Source of the DNA: Candidatus Sumerlaeia bacterium
GTDB lineage: Bacteria; Sumerlaeota; Sumerlaeia; JABWBI01
Length of the DNA stretch: 51,295 nucleotides
NCBI GenBank assembly: GCA_013360565.1
Contig: JABWBI010000002.1
Location: forward strand, 1 to 51,295
Direction: 5' to 3'
Below, piece by piece: positions 33,159 through 41,859 of this stretch. Every line of letters begins with the position of its first letter. Positions within the stretch are counted from its first letter, which is position 1. The notes beneath the pieces are model-generated. The model did no database searches. It was not told the DNA's origin and worked only from the letters and a program-made list of their open reading frames with translations. The position numbers and the translations under genes were made by a program.

Positions 33159-36100
33159 ATGCCATCCGTTGACCACATCCTCGGGATTGACCTCGGCACA
33201 ACGAACTCGGTGATGGCCCTGATCGAAGGCGAAAACCCCCGTGTCATTCCCAATGCCGAGGGTCAGAACAAGACGCCGAGCGTCGTCTCCTTCTTGCCGA
33301 ACGGCGACGTGGTGGTTGGGGAGATCGCCCGGCGACAGGCGGCGACGAACGTTCAGCGGACGATCTTCTCGGTCAAGCGCCTGATGGGCCGACAGATTGA
33401 GGAGCTCGGCGACGATCTGGACTTCTTCACGTGCCCCATCGTCTCGAAGGACGGACTTGCCGCTCTCGACATCGGGGGCCGGGTCATGACTCCCTCCGAA
33501 GTGTCCGCCCTGATCCTGAAGAAACTCCGGGACGATGCGGAGGCGTATCTCGGACACGAGATCAGCAAGGCCATCATCACCGTCCCCGCCTACTTCGACG
33601 ACCGGCAGCGGCATGCCACGGTCGAGGCGGGCCGTCTCGCCGGCCTCGAGGTGCTGCGGATCATCAACGAGCCGACCGCGGCGGCGATGGCCTATGGCCT
33701 CAACAAGACGGCCGAGGAGCGCATCGCCGTCTTCGATTTCGGTGGCGGGACCTTCGATCTCTCGGTTCTCGACATCTCCGGAGGTGCCTTCGAGGTCGTG
33801 ACCAGCCTCGGCGATTCGCATCTGGGAGGCGACGACATCGACCATGCCATCGTCGACCACATGCTCGAGGAGTTCCACCGGCAGCACGGCATCGACCTCG
33901 GCGCCGACGACCTCGCGATCCGCCGCCTCAAGGAGGCCGCCGAGAAGGCCAAGTGCGAACTCTCGGGGACCAGCTCCACGCTGATCTCGCTCCCCTTCAT
34001 CGGCCAGACGCCCGACGGTCAGCCCGTGCACCTCGAGATGACGCTGAACCGGGACGTGCTCGAGGCCATGGCCGAGCCCTTCGTCCAGCGCTGCCTCGAC
34101 TGCTGTCGCCAGGCGCTCAGCGATGCCGGGCTCGCCGTCCGTGACATCGCACGGGTGATTCTTGTCGGCGGCTCCACGCGGATTCCCCTCGTCCAGGAGG
34201 CCGTCGAAGACTTCTTTGGCATCCCCCCCGACCGCGGCGTGAATCCCGACGAGATCGTCGCTCAGGGCGCTGCAACCCAGGGCGGTGTGATGTCCGGCGC
34301 GCTGGAGGAGGTCGTGCTCCTCGAAGTCACCCCCTTCGCGCTCGGAATCGAGACGAAGGGGGACCAGATCTCGAAGGTCATCGACAAGAATGCGACGATT
34401 CCCATCAAGGCCGCCAAGGTGTTCACGACCACGGAGGACGATCAGCCGCTCGTCAACATCCACGTCGTCCAGGGAGAGGGGATGAAGGCCTCGGAGGCCG
34501 TGAGCCTCGGCAAGTTCACCCTGACCGACATCGCCGCGGCGAAGGCGGGCGTCCCCCGTATCCGGGTCACTTTCACCGTCAACGCGGACGGCATCGTCGA
34601 GATCGAGGCCGAGGACCTCGCCTCGGGGCAGGCCAAGAGCCTGCGCATCCTGCACACTTTCGAGCGCCGGGGACCTGTCGCCATCGGCGGCGACGCCGAG
34701 GAGTCGCGTCAGCGCCGGCCCAATCGCTGGCGCGACCGCCGTCGCCGCCTGCGCACCGGCGAGGGGCTCGCCAAGGAATCCTTGACCGGCGTTCCGCTCA
34801 ACGCCCGCGTTCCCGCACCCGGCAGTGACGCGGTGAGCCCGATGCCGGCCCGGCGCGAGGAGTCGGGTCCTCAGGACGTCGACTTCGCCGCCGCAGCGAC
34901 CAACCCCTGCGGTCCTCCGCACCTCTCCAATTCGGGAGCCGGCGGACGGCCAGACATGAGCTCCACCGAGGCGAATCGCCTCCTCGCCGAGGTCCAGCGC
35001 CTGCTCGAGAGGCGCGCAACCGACACCATCGCGCACGAGGCCTACCGGGCCGCCGTCCGAGTCCTCGAAGAGCGGCTGCGTCAGACCTCCGACGACGCGG
35101 TGACACTGCGTCTTCTGGGTGAAGTGCAGCTGATGCTCGGCAACTTCACCGAGGCAAGGAACCTCTTCCAGCGCCACGTGCGCCGGCATCCGGACCTGAC
35201 CTCAGAGATTCGCTCCTGCTACGACCGGCTCCTCACGCTCTGCCCGCAGGCAATGGAGGCGCGGCTCGACCGGGCCCGGGTCATCGCCAAGATGGGCGAC
35301 CTCGATGCGGCGATCGCCGACCTCGAGAACCTCGGCGGCGCGGAGACCCGCAGCGCGGCGGCCATCGAGCTGATGATCGAACTGCTCAGGCAGCGTGTCG
35401 AGCAGACGGGCGACTCCGCCACCGAGTTCAAACTCGTCAAGCTTCATCTCCAGCAGAACGACCTCGATGAGGCGATCGCCATCCTCCAGCGGCTCGTGAA
35501 CCGCGACAGCTGCGCCGAGCGGGCCGGCAAAGTGCTCGGCCTCTGCTTCTGGCAGAAGCACATGCACTATCTGGCGTGGCAGCGCTTCCGCGCCCTCCCC
35601 TTCAACGACGAGATCAAGGATATCCTGTACCGCCTGAGCCAGGACATGGAGGCGGCCGAGGACTGGGAAGGGGCGCGCCAGGTCCTCGACCATCTGGCGC
35701 AGCGCGATCCGGGGCACCGCGACGTGGCGCAGCGCCTGGAGAGTGTCCGGACCCGCGTCCGCCAGTCGCGGGGCAAGCGCCCCACCTCGCAGAGCGACGT
35801 CTTCGGCACGCTCAACACGCCCGAGAGCCAGATCGACGACGTCCGCTTCTCCATCCTGGGCGAGATCAACCGCGGCAGCATGGGCGTCATCTACAAGGCC
35901 AAGGACAACGTCCTCGACGAGATCGTCGCGATCAAGGTCCTCAACGCCTTCCTCTGCTCCGATCCCCAGGCCGTCGACCGCTTCAAGCGCGAGGCCCGGG
36001 CGGCCAAGCGCCTCTCGCATCCGAACATCGTGCGCATCCACGACATGTTCGAGAAGGGGACGAAGAAGTTCCTCTCGATGGAGTTCATTGACGGCTCCGA

Positions 36101-36665
36101 CCTCAAGTCGATCCTGCGCACACAGGGCCGCATCGATCCCGCCGAGGTCATCCGCGTCGCGAGCGAGGTCTGCATCGCCCTGGCGTATGCGCACCGGCTC
36201 GAGATCATCCACCGGGACATCAAGCCGGCGAACATCATGATCACCCAGCGGACCCGCGCCGTGAAGATCACAGACTTCGGCATCGCCAAGTCGCTCTCAC
36301 CTGCCGACCGCTCCTCGACCGGGACGCTGGTGATGGGCACTCCCCTCTACATGGCCCCTGAGCAGGTCGAGGGCAAGCCCGTCGATGCGAGAACGGATCT
36401 CTACTCCCTCGGTGTGCTCATGTACGAGCTGGTCTCCGGCAAGCCCCCGTTCAACGAAGGCAACATTGAGTATCACCATCTCCACACCGAGCCCGAGCCC
36501 CCCGCCGACTGCCCCTCTCTCCTGCGCGATGTCATCATGCGCTGTCTCGCCAAGCCGCGGGAGGAGCGCTTCCAGTCGGCCGACGAGCTCCTCGCTCAGC
36601 TCAAGGGCCTCTCGCTTGCCGGCACAGATGCCGGTCTCGGCGTCCGCTCCGTCGCCGCCTCTTGA
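33159..36665 (+). CDS. Hsp70/DnaK-like ATPase + substrate-binding beta domain, Arg-rich linker, TPR-like helical region, C-terminal Hanks-type Ser/Thr protein kinase (single 1168-aa ORF)
   Basis: ATG 33159 gives MPSVDHILGIDLGTTNSV. Hsp70 signatures are intact: DLGTTNS, IINEPTAAAMAYG, DFGGGTFDLSV, LVGGSTRIPLVQ, NPDEIVAQGAA, and SBD-beta LLEVTPFALGIET...IRVTFTVNADGIVEIEAED. The kinase has GEINRGSMGVIYKA, VAIKVL, HRDIKPANIM, DFGIAKS and YMAPEQ. There is no stop anywhere between the two parts. The 168 codons upstream in the track ORF are non-coding read-through. Confidence 0.88.
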   Translation: MPSVDHILGIDLGTTNSVMALIEGENPRVIPNAEGQNKTPSVVSFLPNGDVVVGEIARRQAATNVQRTIFSVKRLMGRQIEELGDDLDFFTCPIVSKDGLAALDIGGRVMTPSEVSALILKKLRDDAEAYLGHEISKAIITVPAYFDDRQRHATVEAGRLAGLEVLRIINEPTAAAMAYGLNKTAEERIAVFDFGGGTFDLSVLDISGGAFEVVTSLGDSHLGGDDIDHAIVDHMLEEFHRQHGIDLGADDLAIRRLKEAAEKAKCELSGTSSTLISLPFIGQTPDGQPVHLEMTLNRDVLEAMAEPFVQRCLDCCRQALSDAGLAVRDIARVILVGGSTRIPLVQEAVEDFFGIPPDRGVNPDEIVAQGAATQGGVMSGALEEVVLLEVTPFALGIETKGDQISKVIDKNATIPIKAAKVFTTTEDDQPLVNIHVVQGEGMKASEAVSLGKFTLTDIAAAKAGVPRIRVTFTVNADGIVEIEAEDLASGQAKSLRILHTFERRGPVAIGGDAEESRQRRPNRWRDRRRRLRTGEGLAKESLTGVPLNARVPAPGSDAVSPMPARREESGPQDVDFAAAATNPCGPPHLSNSGAGGRPDMSSTEANRLLAEVQRLLERRATDTIAHEAYRAAVRVLEERLRQTSDDAVTLRLLGEVQLMLGNFTEARNLFQRHVRRHPDLTSEIRSCYDRLLTLCPQAMEARLDRARVIAKMGDLDAAIADLENLGGAETRSAAAIELMIELLRQRVEQTGDSATEFKLVKLHLQQNDLDEAIAILQRLVNRDSCAERAGKVLGLCFWQKHMHYLAWQRFRALPFNDEIKDILYRLSQDMEAAEDWEGARQVLDHLAQRDPGHRDVAQRLESVRTRVRQSRGKRPTSQSDVFGTLNTPESQIDDVRFSILGEINRGSMGVIYKAKDNVLDEIVAIKVLNAFLCSDPQAVDRFKREARAAKRLSHPNIVRIHDMFEKGTKKFLSMEFIDGSDLKSILRTQGRIDPAEVIRVASEVCIALAYAHRLEIIHRDIKPANIMITQRTRAVKITDFGIAKSLSPADRSSTGTLVMGTPLYMAPEQVEGKPVDARTDLYSLGVLMYELVSGKPPFNEGNIEYHHLHTEPEPPADCPSLLRDVIMRCLAKPREERFQSADELLAQLKGLSLAGTDAGLGVRSVAAS

Positions 36666-36702
36666 CTTGCCTCCCCCGGGGACTGTGACATGATCGGACC
36701 CC

Positions 36703-37218
36703 ATGAGCGAGAGCACTGAGCAGCACCGCCGCGACGCCCAGAGTCAGGGCTCCATCGCCTGCGCGGTCATCACTGTGTCGGACACGCGGACGCCCGAGAC
36801 GGACGGCGGCGGCGCGCTGATCGCCGATCTGCTGGTCTCAGCCTCGCACAGGGTCGTCTCACGCCTCATCGTGAAGGACGAGGCGAAGCAGATCGCCGGC
36901 GCCCTGCGCGAGATCAAGCTCGGCAAGACGGTCCAGGCCGTGATGATCACCGGCGGAACGGGAATCACGCGGCGCGATGTGACCCCCGACATCGTCGAGA
37001 GCTTCCTCGACAAGCGCCTCGACGGGTTCGGTGAGATCTTCCGCGTGCTCTCGTTCGAGGAGATCGGCCCCGCCGCGATGCTCTCGCGCGCCGTCGCCGG
37101 CGTCATGGGCGAGATCCTCGTCTTCGCCATGCCCGGCTCCACCGCCGCCGTCCGGCTCGCCATGGAGCGCCTGATCATCCCGGATCTCCGGCACCTCGTC
37201 CACGAGGCGCGGAAGTGA
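36703..37218 (+). CDS. moaB: Molybdenum cofactor biosynthesis protein B (MoaB/Mog family)
   Basis: AVITVSDTRTPETDGGG, ITGGTGITRRDVTPD, GFGEIFRVLSFEEIG, LSRAVAG, MPGSTAAV. Confidence 0.88.
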   Translation: MSESTEQHRRDAQSQGSIACAVITVSDTRTPETDGGGALIADLLVSASHRVVSRLIVKDEAKQIAGALREIKLGKTVQAVMITGGTGITRRDVTPDIVESFLDKRLDGFGEIFRVLSFEEIGPAAMLSRAVAGVMGEILVFAMPGSTAAVRLAMERLIIPDLRHLVHEARK

Positions 37219-37252
37219 CCGCGGGCTCCCCGAGAGCGGCTGGCGGGGCAAT

Positions 37253-38275
37253 GTGAACTCGATCCTCGTCAAGTCGACCAACTGGGTCGGCGACGCCGTA
37301 CTCCAGACGCCGGCCCTGCGGGCGCTCCGGCGCGGCTTTCCGCAGGCCCACCTGGTACTGATCGCGCGTCCCTGGGTCGCCCCGCTTTTCGAGCAGCACC
37401 CGGACCTCGATGAGCTGATCATCGAGCCCGCGGACAGGCGCGAACGGGGGGGGCTGGCCCGGCGACTGCGCGCTCGCTCCTGGGACCTGGGCCTCGCGTT
37501 CCCCAACAGTCTCTCGGCCGCCTGGCTGCTCTGGAGAGCGGGTGCCAAGCGCCGGCGTGGCTATTCGCGCGACATGAGGGGGCTACTTCTGACCGACCCC
37601 ATCCGGCTCGCCCCCTCCCTGCTCCATGGCCACGAGGTCGACTACTATCTCCACCTCCTCCGCGGACTGACGGACTTCCACGAGGCGGCACGGCGCCCCT
37701 TCGTGCCGCCTCAGCCGGGCGCCGCCGAGGCGGCGCTTGCCACCGTGACCGAACTGCTCCGATCCGACCAGATCGATGCGGCAGCCGCTCCTCTCCTGGG
37801 CATCGGCGCCGCCGCGGCATTCGGCACCGCGAAGCGTTGGCTTCCGGAGAGATTTGCCGCCTGCGCTCGGGCACTGCGTGAACGCCACGGGCTCATCCCC
37901 GTGCTGCTCGGCTCCCAGACGGAGGCGGACACGACGCGCGAGTTGGCGCGGCTCATCGGACCGCCGGTCGCCGACACCGCGGGCAGGATCGGACTCGCCG
38001 GCCTTGTCGGCCTCCTCGCCCGTGTCCGTCTCTTCTTGACCAACGACTCCGGGCCCATGCACATCGCCGCCGCCCAGAACACACCCGTTGTCGCCATCTT
38101 CGGCCCCACCAATTGGCGCACGACGGCTCCCCTGAGCCCGCGGGCCAGGGTCGTTCGCCACCCCGTCGACTGCGCCCCGTGCCTGCTGCGGCACTGCCCC
38201 ATCGATCACCGGTGCATGCAGGGAGTCGGCGTCTCGCGCGTCCTCGCCGCCGCGGAAGAACTGTTGACGGCCTGA
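37253..38275 (+). CDS. waaF: ADP-heptose:LPS heptosyltransferase (GT9; WaaF-like N-terminus)
   Basis: GTG start. ILVKSTNWVGDAVLQTPALRAL matches the heptosyltransferase II-type N-terminus. The C-terminal LFLTNDSGPMHIAAA and VAIFGPT are GT9 signatures. The assignment to WaaF rather than another GT9 member is tentative. Confidence 0.8.
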   Translation: MNSILVKSTNWVGDAVLQTPALRALRRGFPQAHLVLIARPWVAPLFEQHPDLDELIIEPADRRERGGLARRLRARSWDLGLAFPNSLSAAWLLWRAGAKRRRGYSRDMRGLLLTDPIRLAPSLLHGHEVDYYLHLLRGLTDFHEAARRPFVPPQPGAAEAALATVTELLRSDQIDAAAAPLLGIGAAAAFGTAKRWLPERFAACARALRERHGLIPVLLGSQTEADTTRELARLIGPPVADTAGRIGLAGLVGLLARVRLFLTNDSGPMHIAAAQNTPVVAIFGPTNWRTTAPLSPRARVVRHPVDCAPCLLRHCPIDHRCMQGVGVSRVLAAAEELLTA

Positions 38276-38336
38276 CGGCACGGCCCCTTGACTGAGCCCG
38301 GCCCATCCTCAGCACACGCGAACGAGTCCTCCCCCC

Positions 38337-39017
38337 ATGCCCCGCGAGAGATCCCCCTTCATCACCGTCGACGGCGTCACCTACGAGCGTCTGCCCATCC
38401 GGACCCACGTCATCACCGAGGCCGATGACATCGCCGAGGTCGCCGACCGCTATTCCCGCGACGTGAGGCGGCCGGGTGACATCCTCTTCGCCTCGGAGAA
38501 GGTCGTCGCCGTCACTCAGGGCCGCGCCCTGCGGGAGTCGGAGATGAAGATCGGTCTCACCGCGCGGATCCTCTGGCGCTTCGTGACGAAGAGTCCGCAC
38601 GGCGTCGGGCTTCGGCGCCCCTCGTCGATGCAGTGCGCCGTCAACGAGTGTGGCGCCGCCCGCATCTGGCTCGCGACGGCCGCGGGCGCACTCGGGAAGC
38701 TCCTGCGCCGCCGGGGCTGGTTCTACCGCGTCGCCGGAATGCAGGCCGCCACCATCGACGCCGCGGGGACCAGCCCCCTTCAGCCCGACCGCGTCATCAT
38801 GGGCCCCAAAGACCCTGAGCGGGTCGCCCAGCGGATCAGCGTGGCCACCGGACTCGAGGCCGCCATCGTGGATGTCAACGACATCGGCGGTTCGTGGGTG
38901 CTGGGCGCAACCCCCGGGGTCGACCGGCCCCTCGTCGAGCGCATTCTCAAAGACAACCCCCTCGGCCAGAAGGCCGAGCAGACTCCCATCGGCCTGATCC
39001 GCGTCAGTCCGCGCTGA
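38337..39017 (+). CDS. F420-0:gamma-glutamyl ligase (CofE)-like domain protein
   Basis: GDILFASEKVVAVTQGRA, AAIVDVNDIGGSWVLG and NPLGQKAEQTPIG resemble the CofE-fold family (PF01996). The assignment is from memory of family motifs only. Confidence 0.5.
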   Translation: MPRERSPFITVDGVTYERLPIRTHVITEADDIAEVADRYSRDVRRPGDILFASEKVVAVTQGRALRESEMKIGLTARILWRFVTKSPHGVGLRRPSSMQCAVNECGAARIWLATAAGALGKLLRRRGWFYRVAGMQAATIDAAGTSPLQPDRVIMGPKDPERVAQRISVATGLEAAIVDVNDIGGSWVLGATPGVDRPLVERILKDNPLGQKAEQTPIGLIRVSPR

Positions 39018-39840
39018 AGGCGCTCAGCTCCACGGGGATCGTGCCGAGACTGATCGCGTGAGATTGATTCAGCGTCCCGTCGTTCAGCTCCCGCAGGAAC
39101 GCGCCCTGAGACACTCCCGGCGTCCCGGCCATGCAGTCGAGGGCGTCACAGACCGGATAGTCCTGGGTCGTGTCGACGTCGTTGTTGAACCCGACGCCGC
39201 CGCCTCCGTTGCTGTCATTGTCGAAAGTGGCGAGCGTCACGCGGAAGTTCGGATTGGTGAGCAGGTTGATGTCCGCGAGGGGAATCCGCGCCTCGACCAA
39301 GTTGAAGCCGGCGCTCGGATTGATGTGCGCATCCCAGCCGCTCGGCGGCGCGTACCAGAAGCCACTCCCATTGTCGTGGAACAGCTCGACCACCGTGCTG
39401 CCCGGCGTCGCATTGTGGACCGCGATGTTGTACTCCACATAGGCCTGGGGATTCGGGTAGACGACTCCGCTCTCGTCTCCGAGGAAGTTCGACGCCGTGT
39501 CCGAGGGATTGTTGGTGAACTCGATCCCGACGGCCACATGGACTTCATCCGTCACCGTCACGTCATCGAGGCGGACGAGCACGTAGAGATTCGACGCATC
39601 CGCCGTGAACCGCACCTCAGTGATGTCCGCGTTCGTCTCGATCGTCCCCGAGGGGTCGCCCCGGACGTCCCCGGCCTCGCCGCGGTAGATCCACTCGCCA
39701 GCGCTGATCGCCGTGTCATGAACCTGGGCGGGCGGCGTGCCCACCCAGTCGCCGGCGTTGCCGTCGACGGTGATGCTGTGCGCTGGGCCGAACGCAGGAA
39801 GCGCCGCAGCCCCGATGAGGACTCCGAATGTGGCGCGCAT
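39004..39840 (-). CDS. Secreted protein with a glucodextranase-C/CBM9-like sugar-binding fold
   Basis: The start is ATG 39840 (MRATFGVLIGAAALPAFG, a signal peptide), preceded by GGGAGGG. ITVDGNAGDWVG and ADITEVRFTADASNLYVLVRL are typical of this beta-sandwich family. Its 3' end overlaps the convergent CofE-like gene by 14 nt. Confidence 0.6.
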   Translation of the reverse strand: MRATFGVLIGAAALPAFGPAHSITVDGNAGDWVGTPPAQVHDTAISAGEWIYRGEAGDVRGDPSGTIETNADITEVRFTADASNLYVLVRLDDVTVTDEVHVAVGIEFTNNPSDTASNFLGDESGVVYPNPQAYVEYNIAVHNATPGSTVVELFHDNGSGFWYAPPSGWDAHINPSAGFNLVEARIPLADINLLTNPNFRVTLATFDNDSNGGGGVGFNNDVDTTQDYPVCDALDCMAGTPGVSQGAFLRELNDGTLNQSHAISLGTIPVELSAFSAD

Positions 39841-39921
39841 GGGTGAACCCTCCCGATCCCCGATGTGCAAGGCCCTCCGTATAGGGCGGTCCGGCTCGCC
39901 GTGTCAACTCCAGGCGGGAGG

Positions 39922-41064
39922 TCAATCGTGGCCGAGGTTGGCCAGCATGACCAAGTCCAGCGCGTTCAAGACCCCGTCGTCGTTGATGTCGGCATCCTCC
40001 CGCTGGCTTGCCGAGAGCGTCAGCGCACCGACGATGTGCTGCGCGATCTGGTCGAGAGTGACGGAGGGCACGTCCCGGCCGAGCGACAGACAGCGCGGCT
40101 GGCTCCAGGCCGGACCGCTGCCGGCCATCGGGGTGGAGAGCCGGGTGCGGTCTCCGTCGCCCCGGTCCACGCGCATGATTCCCGGCAGGGTCTCGTCGAG
40201 GACGTACAGCCAATCTCCGTGCCCCGTGACGTCCTGTGGCCGCCGGAAGTCCGGCCCGTCGCCCCGGTCCGGTCCGTCGAAGTTATCGCCGGCGGAGATC
40301 ACGCGGAGCTCAGATGGCCGGTCCGGGTCCCACTCGAGGATCGCTGGGAAGTCGTAGAACGCCTGAATCACATCGCCGTCGCTCTCGCAGTGAATCCCCA
40401 CCGGGCCGCGCTCGGTGCCGATGTCTCCGTACAGCGGATAGGTGAGCACCGTCTGCACCCAGCCTCGCCAGAATCCGCTCTCGTAGACCACCTGAAGGCG
40501 GGCATAGAGTTTGTCGTCCTCGTCTCCCTCGAAATTCACCAGGACGTTGTCGTCCCAGTCGATGCCCAGGGTCCGCGGGCGGCGCAGCAGTTCGTTGTAG
40601 CGATCGAGAAAGGTCCGGTCCCCGTCGTCAAGGTCGACGGCGATGATGCCGTACCGGCCCTGGTCGGCCACGAAGGCGTATTCGCCATCGGATCGGATCT
40701 CGATCTGGCGCGGTGTGTCGAAGTCCGGTCCGTCTCCGTGCTCTTCGTCGCTCAGCACATGGCGATCGCCATCGCTCCAATCGACGCGCACCAAGGCCGG
40801 TTCACCGTCGAAGTTGCGGTCGGTCACATAGATCCGCCCGGGTCGATCCGGGTCGAAGCCGATTCCCTCGATCTCCCGAAATGGCGGCCCTGCCCCTCGT
40901 CCGGGACCCGACACCTCGAATCGCGTCCCATCCGTGGGGTTGACCGCGACAACCCGGTTGCTGCCCCGGTCCGTGACCAGGAGGAATCGATCCGCGGCCC
41001 CCGCGGGGGCCACGGCCAGAGCGCCCAGCACGACAACGGCCCACAGGCGGGCATGGCTCTCCAT
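39922..41064 (-). CDS. Secreted beta-propeller (NHL/SMP-30-like repeats) protein with a C-terminal dockerin-like module
   Basis: The start is ATG 41064 (MESHARLWAVVVLGALAVAPAGA). Blades repeat with an LVTDRGSNRVVAV / IYVTDRN / AFVADQGRYGIIAV / LYVLDETLPGIMRV pattern. The C-terminal EDADINDDGVLNALDLVMLANL is a dockerin-type Ca-binding repeat. The + ORF 39865..41109 is antisense. Confidence 0.65.
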   Translation of the reverse strand: MESHARLWAVVVLGALAVAPAGAADRFLLVTDRGSNRVVAVNPTDGTRFEVSGPGRGAGPPFREIEGIGFDPDRPGRIYVTDRNFDGEPALVRVDWSDGDRHVLSDEEHGDGPDFDTPRQIEIRSDGEYAFVADQGRYGIIAVDLDDGDRTFLDRYNELLRRPRTLGIDWDDNVLVNFEGDEDDKLYARLQVVYESGFWRGWVQTVLTYPLYGDIGTERGPVGIHCESDGDVIQAFYDFPAILEWDPDRPSELRVISAGDNFDGPDRGDGPDFRRPQDVTGHGDWLYVLDETLPGIMRVDRGDGDRTRLSTPMAGSGPAWSQPRCLSLGRDVPSVTLDQIAQHIVGALTLSASQREDADINDDGVLNALDLVMLANLGHD

Positions 41065-41111
41065 GCGCCCTTGGACAGCAGCCGCCCCGTCCCGGTTGCG
41101 CCAGAATGAGA

Positions 41112-41138
41112 GAGGCGGCCCTTTGGGGGGGCCGCCTC
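41112..41138 (-). terminator. Putative intrinsic terminator or attenuator hairpin downstream of pseudopilin paralog 2
   Basis: A perfect 10-bp G+C stem, GAGGCGGCCC (41112..41121) / GGGCCGCCTC (41129..41138), with a 7-nt loop. On the minus-strand transcript it is followed by UCUCAUUCU. It starts 26 nt after the pseudopilin stop. Confidence 0.45.
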
Positions 41139-41163
41139 CGTGCTTCACCACGGGAGCTCAGGC

Positions 41164-41781
41164 TCAGCGGCCGTCCACAAAGCCCAGGCCCGGCCCGAAG
41201 AGGTAGATGTCCCCGTTGGACACCGTTCCATTCGTCGGGTCGTACAGCTGCGTGGCCGTCACCGGATCGGCCAGCGTCAGGTCCTCATCGTGATCGGTGT
41301 CCGGACCATGGCTGAACGCGTACCAGGCCGCGGCATCGATCGGGCGGCCGGTCAGCGCCGTCGTCAGATCGGGGAAGAAGGCCGTCTCCCCCAGCGCCTC
41401 GGCATGGAGCCGCTCGCCATAGTGCACGGGCAGAAGCTGCTCCTCGGGCTCGACCATCGGGACGAACGTGTCGCGGAAGAGACTCGTGATGTAGGCGATG
41501 GGCGTCGTCAGGATGGTCGAGACGTGTCCCTCAAACGGGTCGGCGGTGACCGGCGCCATGAGGTCCGCATCCTCGGCCCCGAAGGGGTAGCGATTGGCGT
41601 CGATCCGGTAGGATTCGATGGCGGTGGCGAGCGACCGCATATCGCTCTTCATCCGCGAGACCTTGGCGCGGGTCTGCGCCTCGAGGAAGTTGGGAACGGC
41701 AATCGCCGCCAGGATGGCGATGATTGCAACCACGATGAGCAGCTCGATGAGCGTGAAGGCATGACGGTGCGTGCGAAACAT
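41164..41781 (-). CDS. Prepilin-type N-terminal cleavage/methylation domain protein (GspG-like pseudopilin, paralog 2)
   Basis: MFRTHRHA|FTLIELLIVVAIIAILAAIAVPNFLEAQTRAKVSRMKSDMRSLATAIESYRIDANRYP has the class III signal sequence with Glu+5 and a GspG-like helix. Position -1 is Ala rather than Gly. The C-terminus is DPTNGTVSNGDIYLFGPG. Confidence 0.87.
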   Translation of the reverse strand: MFRTHRHAFTLIELLIVVAIIAILAAIAVPNFLEAQTRAKVSRMKSDMRSLATAIESYRIDANRYPFGAEDADLMAPVTADPFEGHVSTILTTPIAYITSLFRDTFVPMVEPEEQLLPVHYGERLHAEALGETAFFPDLTTALTGRPIDAAAWYAFSHGPDTDHDEDLTLADPVTATQLYDPTNGTVSNGDIYLFGPGLGFVDGR

Positions 41782-41859
41782 GGGATCTGTTCTCCTCTGA
41801 AGAAAGGGCCATTGAGCGTGGCTCAGGCCACGCGGTGAACGGGGGAGATGCGGCAGGGG

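Noticed and set aside
32997-35189. The upstream 2.2 kb of the 1030-aa minus ORF 32097..35189, and the 168-codon N-terminal extension (32655..33158) of the Hsp70-kinase ORF.
   Set aside because: The minus ORF is real only from ATG 32996 (signal peptide plus BtuF-like domain); the rest is antisense to Hsp70. The plus-strand extension precedes the canonical Hsp70 N-terminus (MPSVDHILGIDLGTTNS). It overlaps the divergent gene and looks non-protein-like.
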